This document shows positions 49,365 to 63,242 of a stretch of 64,000 nt of DNA, piece by piece (the first letter of the stretch is position 1; each line of letters starts with the position of its first letter). The notes below the pieces were generated by a model. That model did not search any database, was not told the origin of the DNA, and saw only the letters and a list, made by a program, of their open reading frames with translations. The translations under genes and the position numbers were made by a program. Source of the stretch: the human T2T-CHM13v2.0 reference genome, Homo sapiens; the NCBI RefSeq assembly GCF_009914755.1, contig NC_060925.1; one strand, 5' to 3'.

Positions 49365-49658
49365 TTTTTTTTAAGGATCTCACTCTGTCACCTAGGCTGG
49401 AGTGCAGTGGCTTGATCATAGCTCACTGCAGCCTGGAATCCCTAGACTCAAGTGATCCCCATCTTAGCCTCTTGAGTAGCTAGGACTACAGGTGTGAGCC
49501 ACCATGCCCGGCTAATTTTTAATTTTTTTTTTTTTTTTTTGTAGAGAAGGGATCTTTGCTACATTACCTAGGCTGGTCTTGAACTCCTGGCCTTAAGTGA
49601 TCCTCCCACCTTATCCTCCTGAGTTGTTGGGATTATAGGTGTGGGCCACTGTGCCCAG
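49365..49658 (-). mobile_element. AluJ in BCL10 intron 1
   Basis: Antisense Alu dimer. Confidence 0.88.
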
Positions 49659-52600
49659 CAAATTCTAATATTGAAATTTTGTTAATTTAGAAAAAAAATT
49701 AAAAACAATGTTCTGCCCTGTCTTAAAGGATAAAGTTCCTTTACGTGGCAGAAGAGTAGAAAAGTTAAGGGCATGGCTCTAAAGTTGGATCAACCTCAGT
49801 GCAAATCTTGAATCTAGTACTCACCCTTGTAAGAGCTGGGCCAAGTTACTTCACCACTCCAAGCTTCAGGTATGTTATTGATAAAATAAGGATTAAAAAC
49901 TTAACTCACAGGACATCAAGGAGGACTAAATGGGAATACTATATATGAAGGCCACGCATAGTCTCTGTACACAGTAAGTACTCAATAATAACTAATTATG
50001 GAAGACAAGGTTCATTGATAATATGGCTCCTACCTACCTCTCCAGCTTAATCTATCACTACCTTTGTCCTGAAAATTTATGCTCTACCTAAAACTATCTG
50101 TCTCTCTACATTTCCTTACGTATTTTTTGTCTGCTTTTATCAGACCCTAAAGCCCCTATTCGTCCTTTAAGATTTAGGTCAGTGGTCATCTTCTTTGGAA
50201 AGGTTTACCTAACTCCCCAGAATGAGTTAGGCACCCCGTCCTCTGTCCTTGTAGCACCTTGTGTATACACTTCATCTTTCTATACACCAGGACTCCACTT
50301 CTTTCACCTCATTTCCCAATTCATTCCCAGACATTTCCATCCTGCCCCAGTATTCTTCTCGAAGTCACCAATGACCCCCTTATTGCCAAATATTTTCAGT
50401 CTTCATTTCATTTTTCAGCTGCATAAACACAGTTGACTACTCCCTCCCTGAAACAAGAAAATTGTTACATGAATACCACACTCTCCTGGTTTTCTTCCCA
50501 TCCCTGTGGATACAACTTTTCAATCATTTTCTTGTTGTTGTTGTTACCCTACTTTCAAGCTAACAATTCACTTTTTAAAATTCTTCTCTTTAAAGGATTT
50601 TACACCATTTTTCTCTTCTAGCTCACAGCTTTCTAGGTAAAATCATTCAATTCCACACTTACATTTCTAGCTCAGATCTCTCTTCTGATCTTTGACTTTG
50701 CAGATGTAATTGCTGATCTGACATTTCCATGTAATCTAATTACATCCTCTTCCTCAACTCCCATGTTCAATCCATCACCAGGTCATATCATTTCTATTTC
50801 AAAAACTGCATCTGGAATTCTGCTCCATTCATCTCCACTGCCTTCACCCTGATCCAAATCACCATCCTCATTCATCTCTATAGATTCCAAGAGCCTGCTC
50901 ACTGGCTTCCCTGTTCTTATTCTTGTTCTCCTCAGTCCATGAAACAGGCAGAGGGATCTTTAAACTATACAATTCTTCAACAAGTCCCTACTATACTTGG
51001 GGGGAAAAAAACCCCAGATACTTTACTAAAAGGCTCTTCATGAAAATGGCTCTAGCCCACCTTCCTAACTTCACTTCAGATTACCCTCTGCCTTCCTCCG
51101 ATTTCCCCAAGTCACCAGGGTCTTGCCTATTTTAGGTCCTTGACAAATTCTATTCTGCCCAGAATGCTCTTCCCTCAGTTCCGTCAAATCTTTCAGGAAT
51201 CAGTTTAAATGTAACCTCTCCTGACCATCCTATCTCAAGTCGATTTCCCCTATTATTGTCTTGGCACTGTTTGATTCCTTCATAGTAATTGCAGTAATGA
51301 AAACAAAATTTATTTATTTGTTTTAAACTAACGTCTCTGTTTGAAGCAGGCAGCTACGAGGTATGTTTTAGCCAACACTGTATATCCTGCACTTACTAGG
51401 GCACCAAGTAGTTAATGTTTCAGTTGAATGCAAAACTCACTGCACTTATTTTGTGATTTAAAACAATCCCCCTCAAGAAATTGAGCTCTTTTCAAGTTAG
51501 GATTGTGTTTTCATTTTTAATTTTTGAACTGTTAGAACCAACCACAGTATCAGCCTCACAGTAGCATGTAATCCATATTTATTAAACTGTACTAAATCCA
51601 ACTAACACAATGAGGCAAATAACTAGATAGGAGGAGGGGGAGACACTAAAGAAGTGGGAGGTCCCAAGACAAAGGGTGGTAGCACACCATTCATCAAGAA
51701 AGGCAATACAGCAGCAACAGTAAGCAACTTTGGGAAAAGGATAGTAAAAGTTCAATATTTGACAAGGTGAGCAATCTGTAGGATATAAAAGTAGATTTCC
51801 AGTAGACATTTGGAAATAAGGACCTAGAGTGGAGAGAAAAGTCCAAATATGTGGATAATTTTAAAACTCTCTAAGATCAGAAGACATTTTGAAAATATCA
51901 TGAAAAAAACCTCTAAGAAAAAAGCATGCACATAGTTTCTTTCATAGACCTTTTGAAACCCATCCATGGTTTCCTCAAGGTTATTTATTTCTGATATAGG
52001 CGTAAAATGAAATCCTGAAGACAGATAACATCAATGAATTGACAGAGAAGAACAAAGACCTGGAAGCCACTCTTCACATCTGTACTTGTATACAGATCTT
52101 ATTTCCTTCCACTTGTAATTTCTCAGTTCCTGTTTTATTAGCTGTAAAATGGGAATGGCAATTATCTTCTTTAGAGGTTGTTGCGAAGGTTAAGTGGGAA
52201 CATTGTAAACTGTGTGACACAGCATCTGGAACATAGGAGGCCTAGCTCTTGGAAGTTCAAGGTTTTACTGGCACTCACCATGAATAAGACAACATTTATT
52301 CTACAGTAGTTATTTATGTTCCATTCTTATCTCAACTAGAATGTAAAGCAGGAAACTGATCTTCATTTTTTTGTATCCTTCCAGACCCAAGGCCAGTGCT
52401 TTCCATATAGCAAGTGCTCCATAAATCTCTGTTGAATGAGGAAACTAAGCACAACTCCCAGTCATATCCAGTTTCCTTCTGCTGGTGAGTCACACCAATT
52501 GTGAGTACAGTGTAATAAACCTTACAGGGAAGAGGAAGGGATTTGAAGTGGATGAACATTTAAAAAGTTGCCATCCTGTCCAGTTCATCAAAATGACTTT

Positions 52601-52917
52601 GTAAAAGTACTGCAGTGTTCAATAAGAACACGTTTCATGTTGAGTTTCTGTTTTTCATTTGACTTCAGATAAAGTATTTTAGTGATACTCATATAGGTCT
52701 CATCTGACAAAACAAGTAAACGCAAAGGAAAAAGAATGTCATATCTCAACAAAGCCATTCGTTACGAATAAATATGAAGGTTTATGTGGTTCTGCACCAT
52801 CCGAGAAGAGCATAATTTAGCTACTGAATATTTTCGACGTTTACCTGTACATTAATTCTCAGCTACGTGTATTCACTCCCCCAACCCCAATTTAAATATG
52901 TGGGCGTCTGCTTACTA

Positions 52918-52927
52918 GGGGAATTCC
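52918..52927 (+). promoter_or_regulatory. NF-kB consensus site in BCL10 intron 1
   Basis: GGGGAATTCC fits GGGRNWYYCC. Confidence 0.45.
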
Positions 52928-53411
52928 AGGTTGTGCTTTCAGCTGTTGAGCTTCCTCAAGCCCCCTTATGCAAAAGAGCTTCACATTTTTGGTCCACTGC
53001 TTGGGATCCTTCACCTGGTACAGCCTTCGCTCTAGGCTGAGTGAGCAGCCTAGGCAGCCTGACTTAAGGATGAATCTGAGCCGCCAGTCCCTAACGAAGC
53101 ATCTCCAAGAACCCAGTTGGGGGGAAAGCATGAGGAGATGGGTGAGGAGTGGGCAAGAATCAAAACTCCACTTGGCAACAAAGCCCAAGCTCTGCGTTTA
53201 GCGATGTAAAACCTGGATTGACAGATCACTGGAGGATCACTGCCACCAAGGTCCCTCGGATGCAGGGCTCGCCACAGTCCTCCTGTGCTAGGACTTTCCG
53301 CTCCTCCGACCTGGAGGATCCTCCTTGTCCTCGGACTCCAGGCTTCCGCTTTCCTCTCCCGCTGGGCTGCAGCCCGCCCCCGCCCGCCCTGGGCACAGCT
53401 CCGTTACTCAC

Positions 53412-53468
53412 GTCCTTCTTCACTTCAGTGAGGTCCTCCTCGGTGAGGGACGGTGCGGTGGGCTCCAT
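53412..53468 (-). CDS. BCL10: BCL10 coding exon 1 (MEPTAPSLTEEDLTEVKKD)
   Basis: ATG at 53468 in a strong Kozak context (CCACCATGG); 57 nt followed by GTGAGT donor; matches the known BCL10 N-terminus. Confidence 0.98.
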
Positions 53469-53799
53469 GGTGGAGGCGGGAGATGGCGCTTCTTCCGGGT
53501 CCGGGAGCTCGGGCTGCGCCGCCCCGCCCTGGCTGGGGGCTTCGGCCTCCGGGTAATGGGGAAGAAGGAGAGGAGGCGGAGCGGGTCGGCAGAAAGACGG
53601 CCGCCCCTTCGGGAACAGAGGGACTCGGGGGTCAAACCGTAGCGCTTCCGGCCCCGCCTCTGAGGTCGACGGCGACGCGAATCTACGCGACGCGACGCGG
53701 AGCTCGGAGCAGCGTTCCTTCCCTCTCGTAGAGGCTCAGGCGCAGGCACCGCCCCACGGCGAGGCGCGTCCCTTAGCAGAGCCCGCCCTGTCTCTGCGG

Positions 53800-53913
53800 C
53801 AGCCTATCGACGCCAGCCCGCGGGCCGATCCTGTTCCCGCCCCCGACCGGAGCCTTTCGGGTGGCTCCGCCCACAGCGGGCGTTTCCTCAAGCCACGCCT
53901 GCGCAGGTCGTCG
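53800..53913 (+). ncRNA. Probable first exon of a divergent lncRNA (BCL10-AS1-like)
   Basis: Consensus donor TCG|GTAAGT at 53913/53914 on the + strand at the edge of the CpG island; start coordinate is a guess. Confidence 0.5.
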
Positions 53914-54404
53914 GTAAGTGGCCCGGGTTAGCTTCCTCATAAGGCATCGTTTCCGTGGGTGGGGTCCGTCAGTGCCCAGGCAGCTGGCACTCTCAGCCTT
54001 TGCTGCCTGCTCACTTCGGGGGAGTCCGGTCTGGGCTTGTCAGTACCTTGGGTTCCTCCCCTTTTCCCAGACCCTGCCCTACAATTTCCTGTTGTTACGT
54101 TTGCCAGTTACTGTTTTGGTCACACACAAACGCACTCATACACACATACACATGCATACACACAAACAGCCTAACTACAATACTAAACAAATTTTTGAAA
54201 GAAAAAAAGAAACCACCTACAATCCCACCACTTTAACACCTCATTTAACGTTTGCATACTTTTTGGTCACTGTTCATTATAAACATAGCTTTAACTCATT
54301 AGTTAATCTGTGTAATGGAGATAGATATGCTTACCTTTTAGGGCTGCCGGGATCATATGTAAAGTTCTTAAAGGTAGTTGGGCACACAGTATGCACTCAA
54401 CTGA

Positions 54405-54737
<333 letters not shown>

Positions 54738-55349
54738 TGAGTCCTCCATTTTATAGGGGGAGACTGATGAAGAGACGACTATCCCCAGACCGTATTTTAA
54801 CTACTATGGCGCTGTGTAAGAAGCAACCTGAGAAGTGTGGATGAAAAGCTACAGGTAGAGCCCTGGGCCCAAGACGGTGGCTTGGACAACATGCTAAATA
54901 AACTATAAACTAGATGGTATTTGAAGCTACGAGAGTAGATAAAAATGACAGGAGGACCAAGGAGAAACTTGGGAACGCCAATGTTTAAGAAACGGGAAAG
55001 CAAAAAAAAAAAAAAAACACACAAAAAAACAATGTAACCAGAGCCACAAAAACCAGAATCACAGCAAGGGATTCTGATGTTTACATTATGTCCTGTTTCC
55101 ATGTTGACACATTACACAAGGACAGTTTTTTTCTAATTGCTTAATTTTTCATCATCTTCCATCCGATTTACTTAACCATCCTTAACTTTAGGATGAATCC
55201 TTTCATTTAACAAATGTGTTTTGAATGTCCACTATGTGCCAGACACTGTTCTAGGTGCTAGGAAAACAGCTGTGAACAAAACCAATAAAAATCTCTTTCC
55301 TCATGGAATTTATATTCTAGTTTATTTGTGTTTGGGGCAGACGAGGTAG

Positions 55350-55866
<517 letters not shown>

Positions 55867-56498
55867 ATATCTAAGTTATTTAATTTATTAGAAGATGATA
55901 AATGCTAAGAGGAAAAAATAAAACAGGGAAGTAGGATGAGGCTGTATGGATTGGTAAAATTTAAGCTAGGGTGGTCATGACCTCCCTGCTCACTTTGGAG
56001 GAGTCTGTTCTTGGCTTGTCAATACCAAGATAAGGGATTTGATTTATGCTTAAAGGAAGTGAGGGAGTGAACCGTGTGGATATAAGGAGAGAGCATTATG
56101 AGTACAGTCAGCAACCAATAAAAATGCTCAGTGTAACTGGAAGGAGATGATCTCCTTGTGTGTTGAGTCATATGGGTGTGCTGAGTCAGACGGGAAGCCA
56201 CTGGAAGGTTCTGAGCAGAGTGACATCTGATTTGTGATTTGAAAAGAAGCACTTTCACTTCTGTGCTAAGGGGAAAGAAGATGGAAGAGGGAAAACCATT
56301 TAGGGAGGTATTGCTATATCCAGGCCCCAGGAGGTTGTGGTTCAGACCAGGGTGGAGCAGTGAGGGTGGTGGGAGCATTTTGAAATGAAGCAAGGAAGCA
56401 GTTTGATTTCATTTTGAAAGGATCACTCTGGCTGCTAAGTGGAGAGTAGATGGCAGGGGCAAGGGCAAGAAGCAGAGACTACGTGGAGGCTACCACAA

Positions 56499-57070
56499 TG
56501 TCAGGTTCACGACTGAGCCAAATGTCATGCTTGGGGTCAGGTTCTAGCCCATGCTGAGGTCCAAGGGGAGTGGGTGGATGAGCAGAAAGAACACTCAGGG
56601 GACCGTAGGCAGGTAAAAGATGATTTTACTCAGCAGCAGCTCTCATCAACAGCTTTCTTACACTAGCTCTCTACACTGTCTGCCCTGTCTCAGGTGCTTA
56701 GTCTGGCGGCTCCCCCACACAGCTGCATGGCCGACTCTCCCTTGCCTTCGGGGTCAGCAGCTTAACTCTTCCTCTCTCTGGGCATGAGCAAGCCGAGCTG
56801 TGTCCTGGCTCCCCACTGTCAGTCTCCAAGAGGGTCAACTCTGGCTCTCTCTCTCTCTCTCTGGGTGTCAGCACGCCTGCACGATGTCAACAGGGCAATT
56901 ATACCTTTTACAGACAATAGTGGCTTAGAGCCAAGGGATGGCCTTCCCATGTTATGGCTACATAGCTGTGATAACAAGTGGAGTTATATGCCTGCGCTCT
57001 AAACTCGCTGAGTCCCTGTGGATGTTTACCTCGTCCTATCCTTGACCAAAGCACAGCCATGTTCCTTACA
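56499..57070 (-). mobile_element. LTR18-like (ERVL) solo LTR inserted in L2
   Basis: Minus strand begins TGTAAGGAACATGGCTGTG and ends in CA; 5-bp TSD cacaa/cacag. Confidence 0.7.
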
Positions 57071-58344
57071 CACAGCCATCCAGGCACAGCTTAGGATGGC
57101 TTGACCAGGGTGGGGGCAGTGGTGAGCACTCCCCACTGACACCTTAAATCCTTCCCAAGTGTTCATTGTTATTAAAAAATTGTCATAGAATTTACATATT
57201 TTCATCCTTTTTCCTTTCAAATTATCATTGCCTTTGCATAAATTCCCAGAACCAGGAGTACAAAGCCCAAGGAAATGAATATTTTATGGCTTTTCTTATA
57301 TATGGGTGCTCTCCAAAAGGGCTGTGTTGGTCTATCTGTGTGTGGGAATGAACTGTTTTTACCACAGTCAAATCAGTTCTGCTGATGAAGGGGAGGATTC
57401 ACCCATCAAAGCAAGTGAATTGAATGCTGCCAATTTAATGCACTCATTTTGATTTGGCCATTTTGAGATTGCTACTGCACTGTTGTTCTTTTTAAAGGAA
57501 ACATTTTAAACCCACCAAACTATAAAGAATATTACAAACACCCTACGCTCACTACCAAGATTGAGCAGATACTGATATATTGCCACATTTTCTTGTCATG
57601 GCTTTTGATTACCAAATGTTAGTGGCAGACATCTTTGATTCTTGAACATTCTTCCATGCCCTATACATCTGAGTCTTTCTCTTTCCTTGACCATCATTTC
57701 ATTTCTGACACCTCCAACCCTTTTCTATCCTCAGTATTCATTCCCTTATTTATTTAGTCAACTAAAAAGTTAAGTGTCTGCCCTATGTTAGAATTGGGAG
57801 TTACAGAATAAGGATCAGGGATTGGGCGGGACTGAATGAGGATTCCGGGAGTTTTTTTATAGCTGAAAGAGTAATATTTTGCTTTTCAGACCATGTGTCA
57901 ATGTTCCCAAGATGAATTGCCTAGCTTAAAAAGCCACATCTGAATACCACGTGCTTAATCACAGAGCTCGTTTGTGGCAGGCTTTGCAACTCCCAGTCCT
58001 TCTTGCTTTCTAATGCATCATAATTCTTTCATTAGTAAACTAATTTTCCTCTTTCTGCTAAATCACAGGGTCTGGCTAACAATGAAGTTTGGGCATAGTT
58101 TCAAGAAAACAGCCCCACCCATCCACTACCTTGCAATAATCCTACTTCTTCCTCATCCCTTAACACAGCCTCCATACCCCCTCAACTTCCAGGTGCTCCA
58201 TCTGCCTCCTACTGTGAAATAGAAGGCACCTGAGAAATGTGCCATGAGGGATACGGTTTAGGTGCTACAATCATAAGGCTGCATAACATCATGGTACAGA
58301 TGAGATATCATTAAGAATGAGGATGTCTGATATCTGACAGACAG

Positions 58345-59108
58345 TGTATTAGTTTCCTAGGGCCATCATACCAAATTACCAAAAACAAGGTAGCTTAACA
58401 GATATTTAGTCTCTCACAGTTTTGGAGAGTAGAAGTCCAAAATTGGCAGTGCCATGCTCTCTCTGAAGCCGCGAGGGAGGATTCTTTCATTGCCTCTTGC
58501 TTGGTTCTGGTGACTTCTGGCAATCCTTGGCATTCCTCAGCTTGTGGCGGCATCACTCCCACCCCAGCCTCCATCTTCACATGACCTTCCTCTCTGTGTC
58601 TCCTCCTGTGTTTCTGTGTCCACATTTCCTTCTTTTTAAGGACACCAGTCACTGGATTTAGGGCCCACCCTAATTCAGTATGACTTTATCTTAACTTGAT
58701 TACATCTGTAAAGACACATTTTTTTTTTTCTTTTGAGACAGGGTCTTTCTCTGTCACCCACGCTGGAGTACAATGGCACAGTCATGGCTTATGGCAGCCT
58801 CAAATTCCTGGGCTCAAGCAATTTTCCTCCTTAGCCTCCCAAGTAGCTGAGAATACAGACATGTGCCACCACGCTCAGCTATTTTTTTATTTTTTTATTT
58901 TTTACTTTTGTAGAGACAGTGTCTTGTTATGTTGACCAGGCTGGTTTCCAACTCCTGGGCTCAAATGATCCTCCTGCCTCAGCCTCCCAAATTACTGGGA
59001 TTACAGGCATAAGCCACCATGCCAGCCAAAGACACTATTTTGAAATAAGTTCACATTCCAAGTTCCAGTAGATGTGAATTTTGGGGAGATGCTATTCAAG
59101 TCAGTACA
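58345..59108 (-). mobile_element. MLT1C/D-like LTR with an AluJ insertion (58718-59028)
   Basis: tgtattagtttcctagggcc...taaggacaccagtcactggatttagggcccaccctaat. Confidence 0.8.
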
Positions 59109-60392
59109 GCTGAATTCTAGATTTGCCAATTATTAGCTGTAGGATCTTGGATCAATTAGTAAGTATGCAATAAAGATAGTGATAATAAGAATTCAGAGGT
59201 AGGGAAGAGGAAACCATTCTGATCGATAAAACAACATGAAAGAGGAGTTCACCCAGTATTTAAGCTGGGTGGGAGGATTTTAATGGGGAGCTTTAACTGC
59301 TTCTTGGTTATTTATTCCATACTTCCTGTCAGATGTCAGATGTGTATTGAGCAACAAATACTATTCCAGGTGGTTGTGGAATTATAAATTGTGGATTATA
59401 CATTCTCTGTAAATGGTTGGAAGAAAAAACTGGCCAATTCTGAGACAGACACTCTTAGGTTTTAATGACAAGATACTATGTGGTGAAATTCAGATGTTTC
59501 AGCACAGGGACTTTGTGAAGACTCCTGGGGGTCCTGTCTCTAGGAATGGCTCTTGGCTTAGGAAGGAAAGACCAGGAAAGTGTAGGGTGGTGGGCGTGGA
59601 CCTGAGAAAATGCTCTGACAATATTTGCTAGTGTACCCCAAGACTAGGACATTGCTGGGGCTGATGAGGGAACCAGAGATAAGGGATCATTCCCTTTGTC
59701 TTCCCCCTAGAGGACTGGTTTGAAGAGTGCAGGCAGGCACCTGCTATGAGTCCTGAATGTTTGGAGGTTGCATACCTATATGCCAGCAGGGGGATATTGG
59801 AGGAGGGGCTAGATCTCCCAGTCTTACAACTCCCTGGGAAGAAATAATCACTAGCAGTTTATTTCACATTCACTCTGAGCCAAGCACTTTACATCTGTGG
59901 TGGGAATTTAATGCCTATAACAGTCCTTACAGGTAGGCTTTATTATCCTCACTTTAGAGATGAGAAATCCGAGGCTTAGAAACATGATTTGCTCAAGGTC
60001 ATTCTCCCACCAAGTAGCAGAACCGGGATTCCAGTTCAGCCTTGATAATAAGGCCAGTGTTCTTAATTACTAGCTGTAGACTGAGCTAAGTGCTTCAGGA
60101 CATAATGATTCAGAGAAGCTAGGATGCTTGAGCATTCTCTGAATCATTATATCCTGAGCCTCACAAATGGATGTATCTGCTCCAGCTTAGGATCCATGAA
60201 GGGCACTGTGCAACAATGAGAGTAGCTGAAGACTGGCAATGTTAACTAATGCAAGTCTCAGAAAGAGGAAGATGATATTTGCAAACTCCAGGTGGGGTTC
60301 GATGGCAAGCATAATTCCAGAAAATAACTTTTTTTTTTTGAGACAGGGTCTTGCTCTGTTGCCCAGGCTGGAGTTCAGTGTTGCAATCTTGG

Positions 60393-62126
60393 TGATGGCG
60401 TGGGTGGCCCTTCTGGAGTGGCTGCTATCATGACACTGGCTGCAGTGGGGGAGGCGTGGCCAGGGCTGCGAGCTCTACAGGGCTGGGAGGAGCCGGGAAC
60501 TGTGGAAGCCCTGCCCACTTCCAAGTTGGCAGGGCGGGAGCCTTGTGCTCCCTGGGTGCAGCTGCAGCTGCCCAGGCACAGCTCCAGACCTGGACATCCC
60601 TGTGCTCTTGGGGGCCAGAATCAGGCAGGAGCCCTGCCCTCTCAGGCACAGCTGCAGCCATTCAGCCATGGCTGTGGACCCGGGCATCTCTTGGGGGCCA
60701 GGGAAGCCTCCCTGCCCCTGCAGGCTCAGAAGTACCTGCTCCTGTTGCCTGGTCTCTCCCCACTCCCGGTGCCGACTCTGATTTTGGAGCAAAGTTGAGG
60801 CCAAGCCCAGGCCCTGTTGCAACCCAGCCAGGTGTATGCATGCTCAGAGCAGCACTGACATGCCAGACCCCTGCCGCCTTGGCTCCCCTCCAGGCTTTGG
60901 GCACTGACGAGCACAGGAGGGAGGCTGAGGGAGCACTGAGGGTGGCTCAGCATGGGCCTGCAGGAGCCCCTCAACACAAATAGCTTGGGCAGTGGCAGGA
61001 GGCAGACAAGCTCCTGGGCAGAAAGGGGCAGGTCCCTGGTGAAGCCTCACCTTCAAGCCAGGGATGGCCTAAAGCCTGGTGGTGGGGCTGATGGGCCAGA
61101 ATGGGAACTTATGGTGCTATTTTCAGGCCCACCCATTGCCACCCGTGAACCAATCAGCATGTACTTCCTCCCCTCTGAAGCCCATAAAAACCCCTGGACT
61201 CAGCCAGACTCCGATGACCAGATGACCTGCCTTTGGAGAGGAGCTACCTGCTCCAGGATCTCCTCTCTGCTGAGAGCTGGGCATAAGTTGGGACTACCAG
61301 CTGCAGAGAGGAGCTGCCCACTCTAGGGTCTCCTCTGCTGAGAGCTGAACACTGTTGGGACAACCTGCCTGTGGAGAGGAGCTGCCTACTCTAGGGTCTC
61401 CTCTGCTGAGAGCTGAACACTATTGGGACAACCTGCCTGTGGAGAGGAGCTACCCACTGTGGTTTCCTCTAAGCTGTTCTGTCACTCAATCAAACTCCTC
61501 TTTGACTTGCTCACCCTCCACTTGTCTGCGTACCTCATTCTTCCTAGACACAGGACAAGAACTTGGGATGCGCTGAATGCCTGGGCTAAAAGAGCTATAA
61601 CACAAATGGGTCTGAAATACACCCCTTGCTTACCACGTTGTGGGCAACAAGAAGGAGAGAGAGCTGCAGCCATTCTGGGAGCCCAGACCTAGGAGCTCCC
61701 CAAGCCAGGGCTGTAACACCCTCTCTGGGGCTCTGTGGTTCCCGGCATCTCCAAGCTTCCAAGTTCCACTGCGTTCCTCAGTGCCAGCCATGGAAGCTGC
61801 TTGTGGTCCACCTGGTCCAGCCACAGCCTCACAGGGAGCTGGCGCCTGTGCTGGTGCTTGGAACTGCCTGCCCCACCACAGCCAGTGTGCCTGGCTGTGC
61901 TCAGTGGCCGGGCACCATGCTTGCTCACTCACACACCCCTTGCTGCTCTGTGCCTGGCTCTCCCTTGGCAGGCATGAGATTCAGGCCAGTAGTGCAAGCT
62001 GAGCACAGCCTGCCAGGCTGATTGGGTGGAACAAGCCCAGCGGGCCTAAGTAAAAACTCAGGGAAAAGCGCCACTGGCCACACAGGTTTCCGGCTGGTGA
62101 AGTGACACCCACAGGATCCCATGACA
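60393..62126 (+). mobile_element. MER52A-like ERV1 solo LTR (1734 bp)
   Basis: TGATGGCG...ATGACA termini; GC-rich; splits an Alu; 4-bp TSD ttgg/tcag. Confidence 0.88.
61225..61460 (+). repeat. Tandem repeat of about 67 bp within MER52
   Basis: Three to four copies of gagctgcc..ctctagggtctcctctgctgagagctgaacact.ttgggacaacctgcctgtggagag. Confidence 0.85.
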
Positions 62127-62365
62127 TCAGCTCACTGCAGCCTCAACCTCCTGGACTCAAGTGATCCTCCCACCTCAGCCTCCCAAGGTGCTGGGACTAC
62201 AGGCATGCACCACCATGCCCAGCTAATTTTTGTATTTTTTTGTAGAGATGGGGTTTCACCATATTGCCCAGGCTAGTCTTGAACTCCTGGGCTCAAGTGA
62301 TCCACCTGCCTTGGTCCCCCAAAATGCTGGGATTACAGGCATGAGCCACTGTGCCCAGCCTCAGA

Positions 62366-62446
62366 AAAGAATATTAAAGGAGTAGCTCTTGAAAGCCTAG
62401 AGTGGGAACATCTAGGCTTTCAAGAGCTACTCCTTTAATATTCTTT
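62366..62446. repeat. Perfect 36-bp inverted repeat with a 9-nt spacer
   Basis: AAAGAATATTAAAGGAGTAGCTCTTGAAAGCCTAGA-gtgggaaca-TCTAGGCTTTCAAGAGCTACTCCTTTAATATTCTTT. Confidence 0.98.
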
Positions 62447-62924
62447 GAGGGTGACATCCCTCAAAATCAATCATTTCCCTTCCCATTCCCATGACTGGAG
62501 TCAGTGGTTCTCAGTCTAGGCTATTTAATAGAATCACTTGGGAATGGACATCCAAGTCCCACCTAGATCAATTTAAAAAATTCTTTGGAAAAATCCAAAG
62601 TGAAGGGAGGAGGATGTGTGCCTGCTAGCTATAAGTACTGAGCTGTTACTTCCACCATCGTCTCTATTGCTTTCCAAAGCCCAGCCCTCTCACTGGGGAG
62701 AAGCCATGGTTTTAGTGTATGTGCCAGAGAATTTCCTCCATTTAAAGGAGGTATTTGCTGCTAAGGGGACACTGTATATAGAAAGACCAAGAATGGAATA
62801 TGAATAAGAAGAGGTGCCTTCACTCTCAAAGATCACAGAAGCAAACAGAGCTATGTCTTGGAAATATGAAGGAAAGGCCTGTATTCCAGACTAGCCCCAA
62901 GGGTGTGGGGTCAGAGAAAATTTC

Positions 62925-63242
62925 TTCAAGCAGTTCTGGAGGCTGAAAGTCCAAGATCAAAGCACCGGCATTTGGTGTCTGGTGAGGGCTGCGCTCTGCT
63001 TCCAAGATGATGCCTTATTGCTGCATTCTTCAGAGAGGAGAAATGCTAAGTTTTCATATGGTGGAAGGTAGAAAAAGAGCAAGAGGAATGAATTCGTTAC
63101 ATGAAGCCATTTTATAAAAGCACTAATTCTATTCCTAAGGGAGGGGCCCTCATGGCATAATCACTTTTTAAAAGCCCCACCTCTTAATACTGTCATATTG
63201 GCAACACCTGAATTTTGAAGATACCCATTCAAACCATAACAC
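62925..63242 (-). mobile_element. MaLR (MST/MLT1A-like) LTR fragment
   Basis: cagttctggaggctgaaagtccaagatcaa...ccccacctcttaatactg...cattcaaaccataaca. Confidence 0.75.

Larger units (their letters stand above)
53250..53980. promoter_or_regulatory. BCL10 CpG island and probable bidirectional promoter
   Basis: High GC and CpG density; GC boxes (CCCCGCCC, CTCCGCCC), ETS CTTCCGG motifs, NRF1-like CGCCTGCGCA at about 53896, CGCG repeats. Confidence 0.9.
60329..62360 (-). mobile_element. AluJ split by MER52A (60329-60392 and 62127-62360)
   Basis: Alu reads through when the LTR is removed; TSD cagaaaa(t/g)aa. Confidence 0.88.

Noticed and set aside
53420-53749. 109-aa upstream overlapping ORF of BCL10
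   Set aside because: GTG start; I found no upstream ATG in the BCL10 leader, and long frames are expected in CpG islands
61225-61460. Regular direct repeats resembling a CRISPR-like array
   Set aside because: Tandem units without unique spacers, internal to MER52, in a primate genome
60400-62122. Cluster of overlapping 60-175 aa ORFs
   Set aside because: All lie in the GC-rich MER52A LTR, which is poor in stop codons
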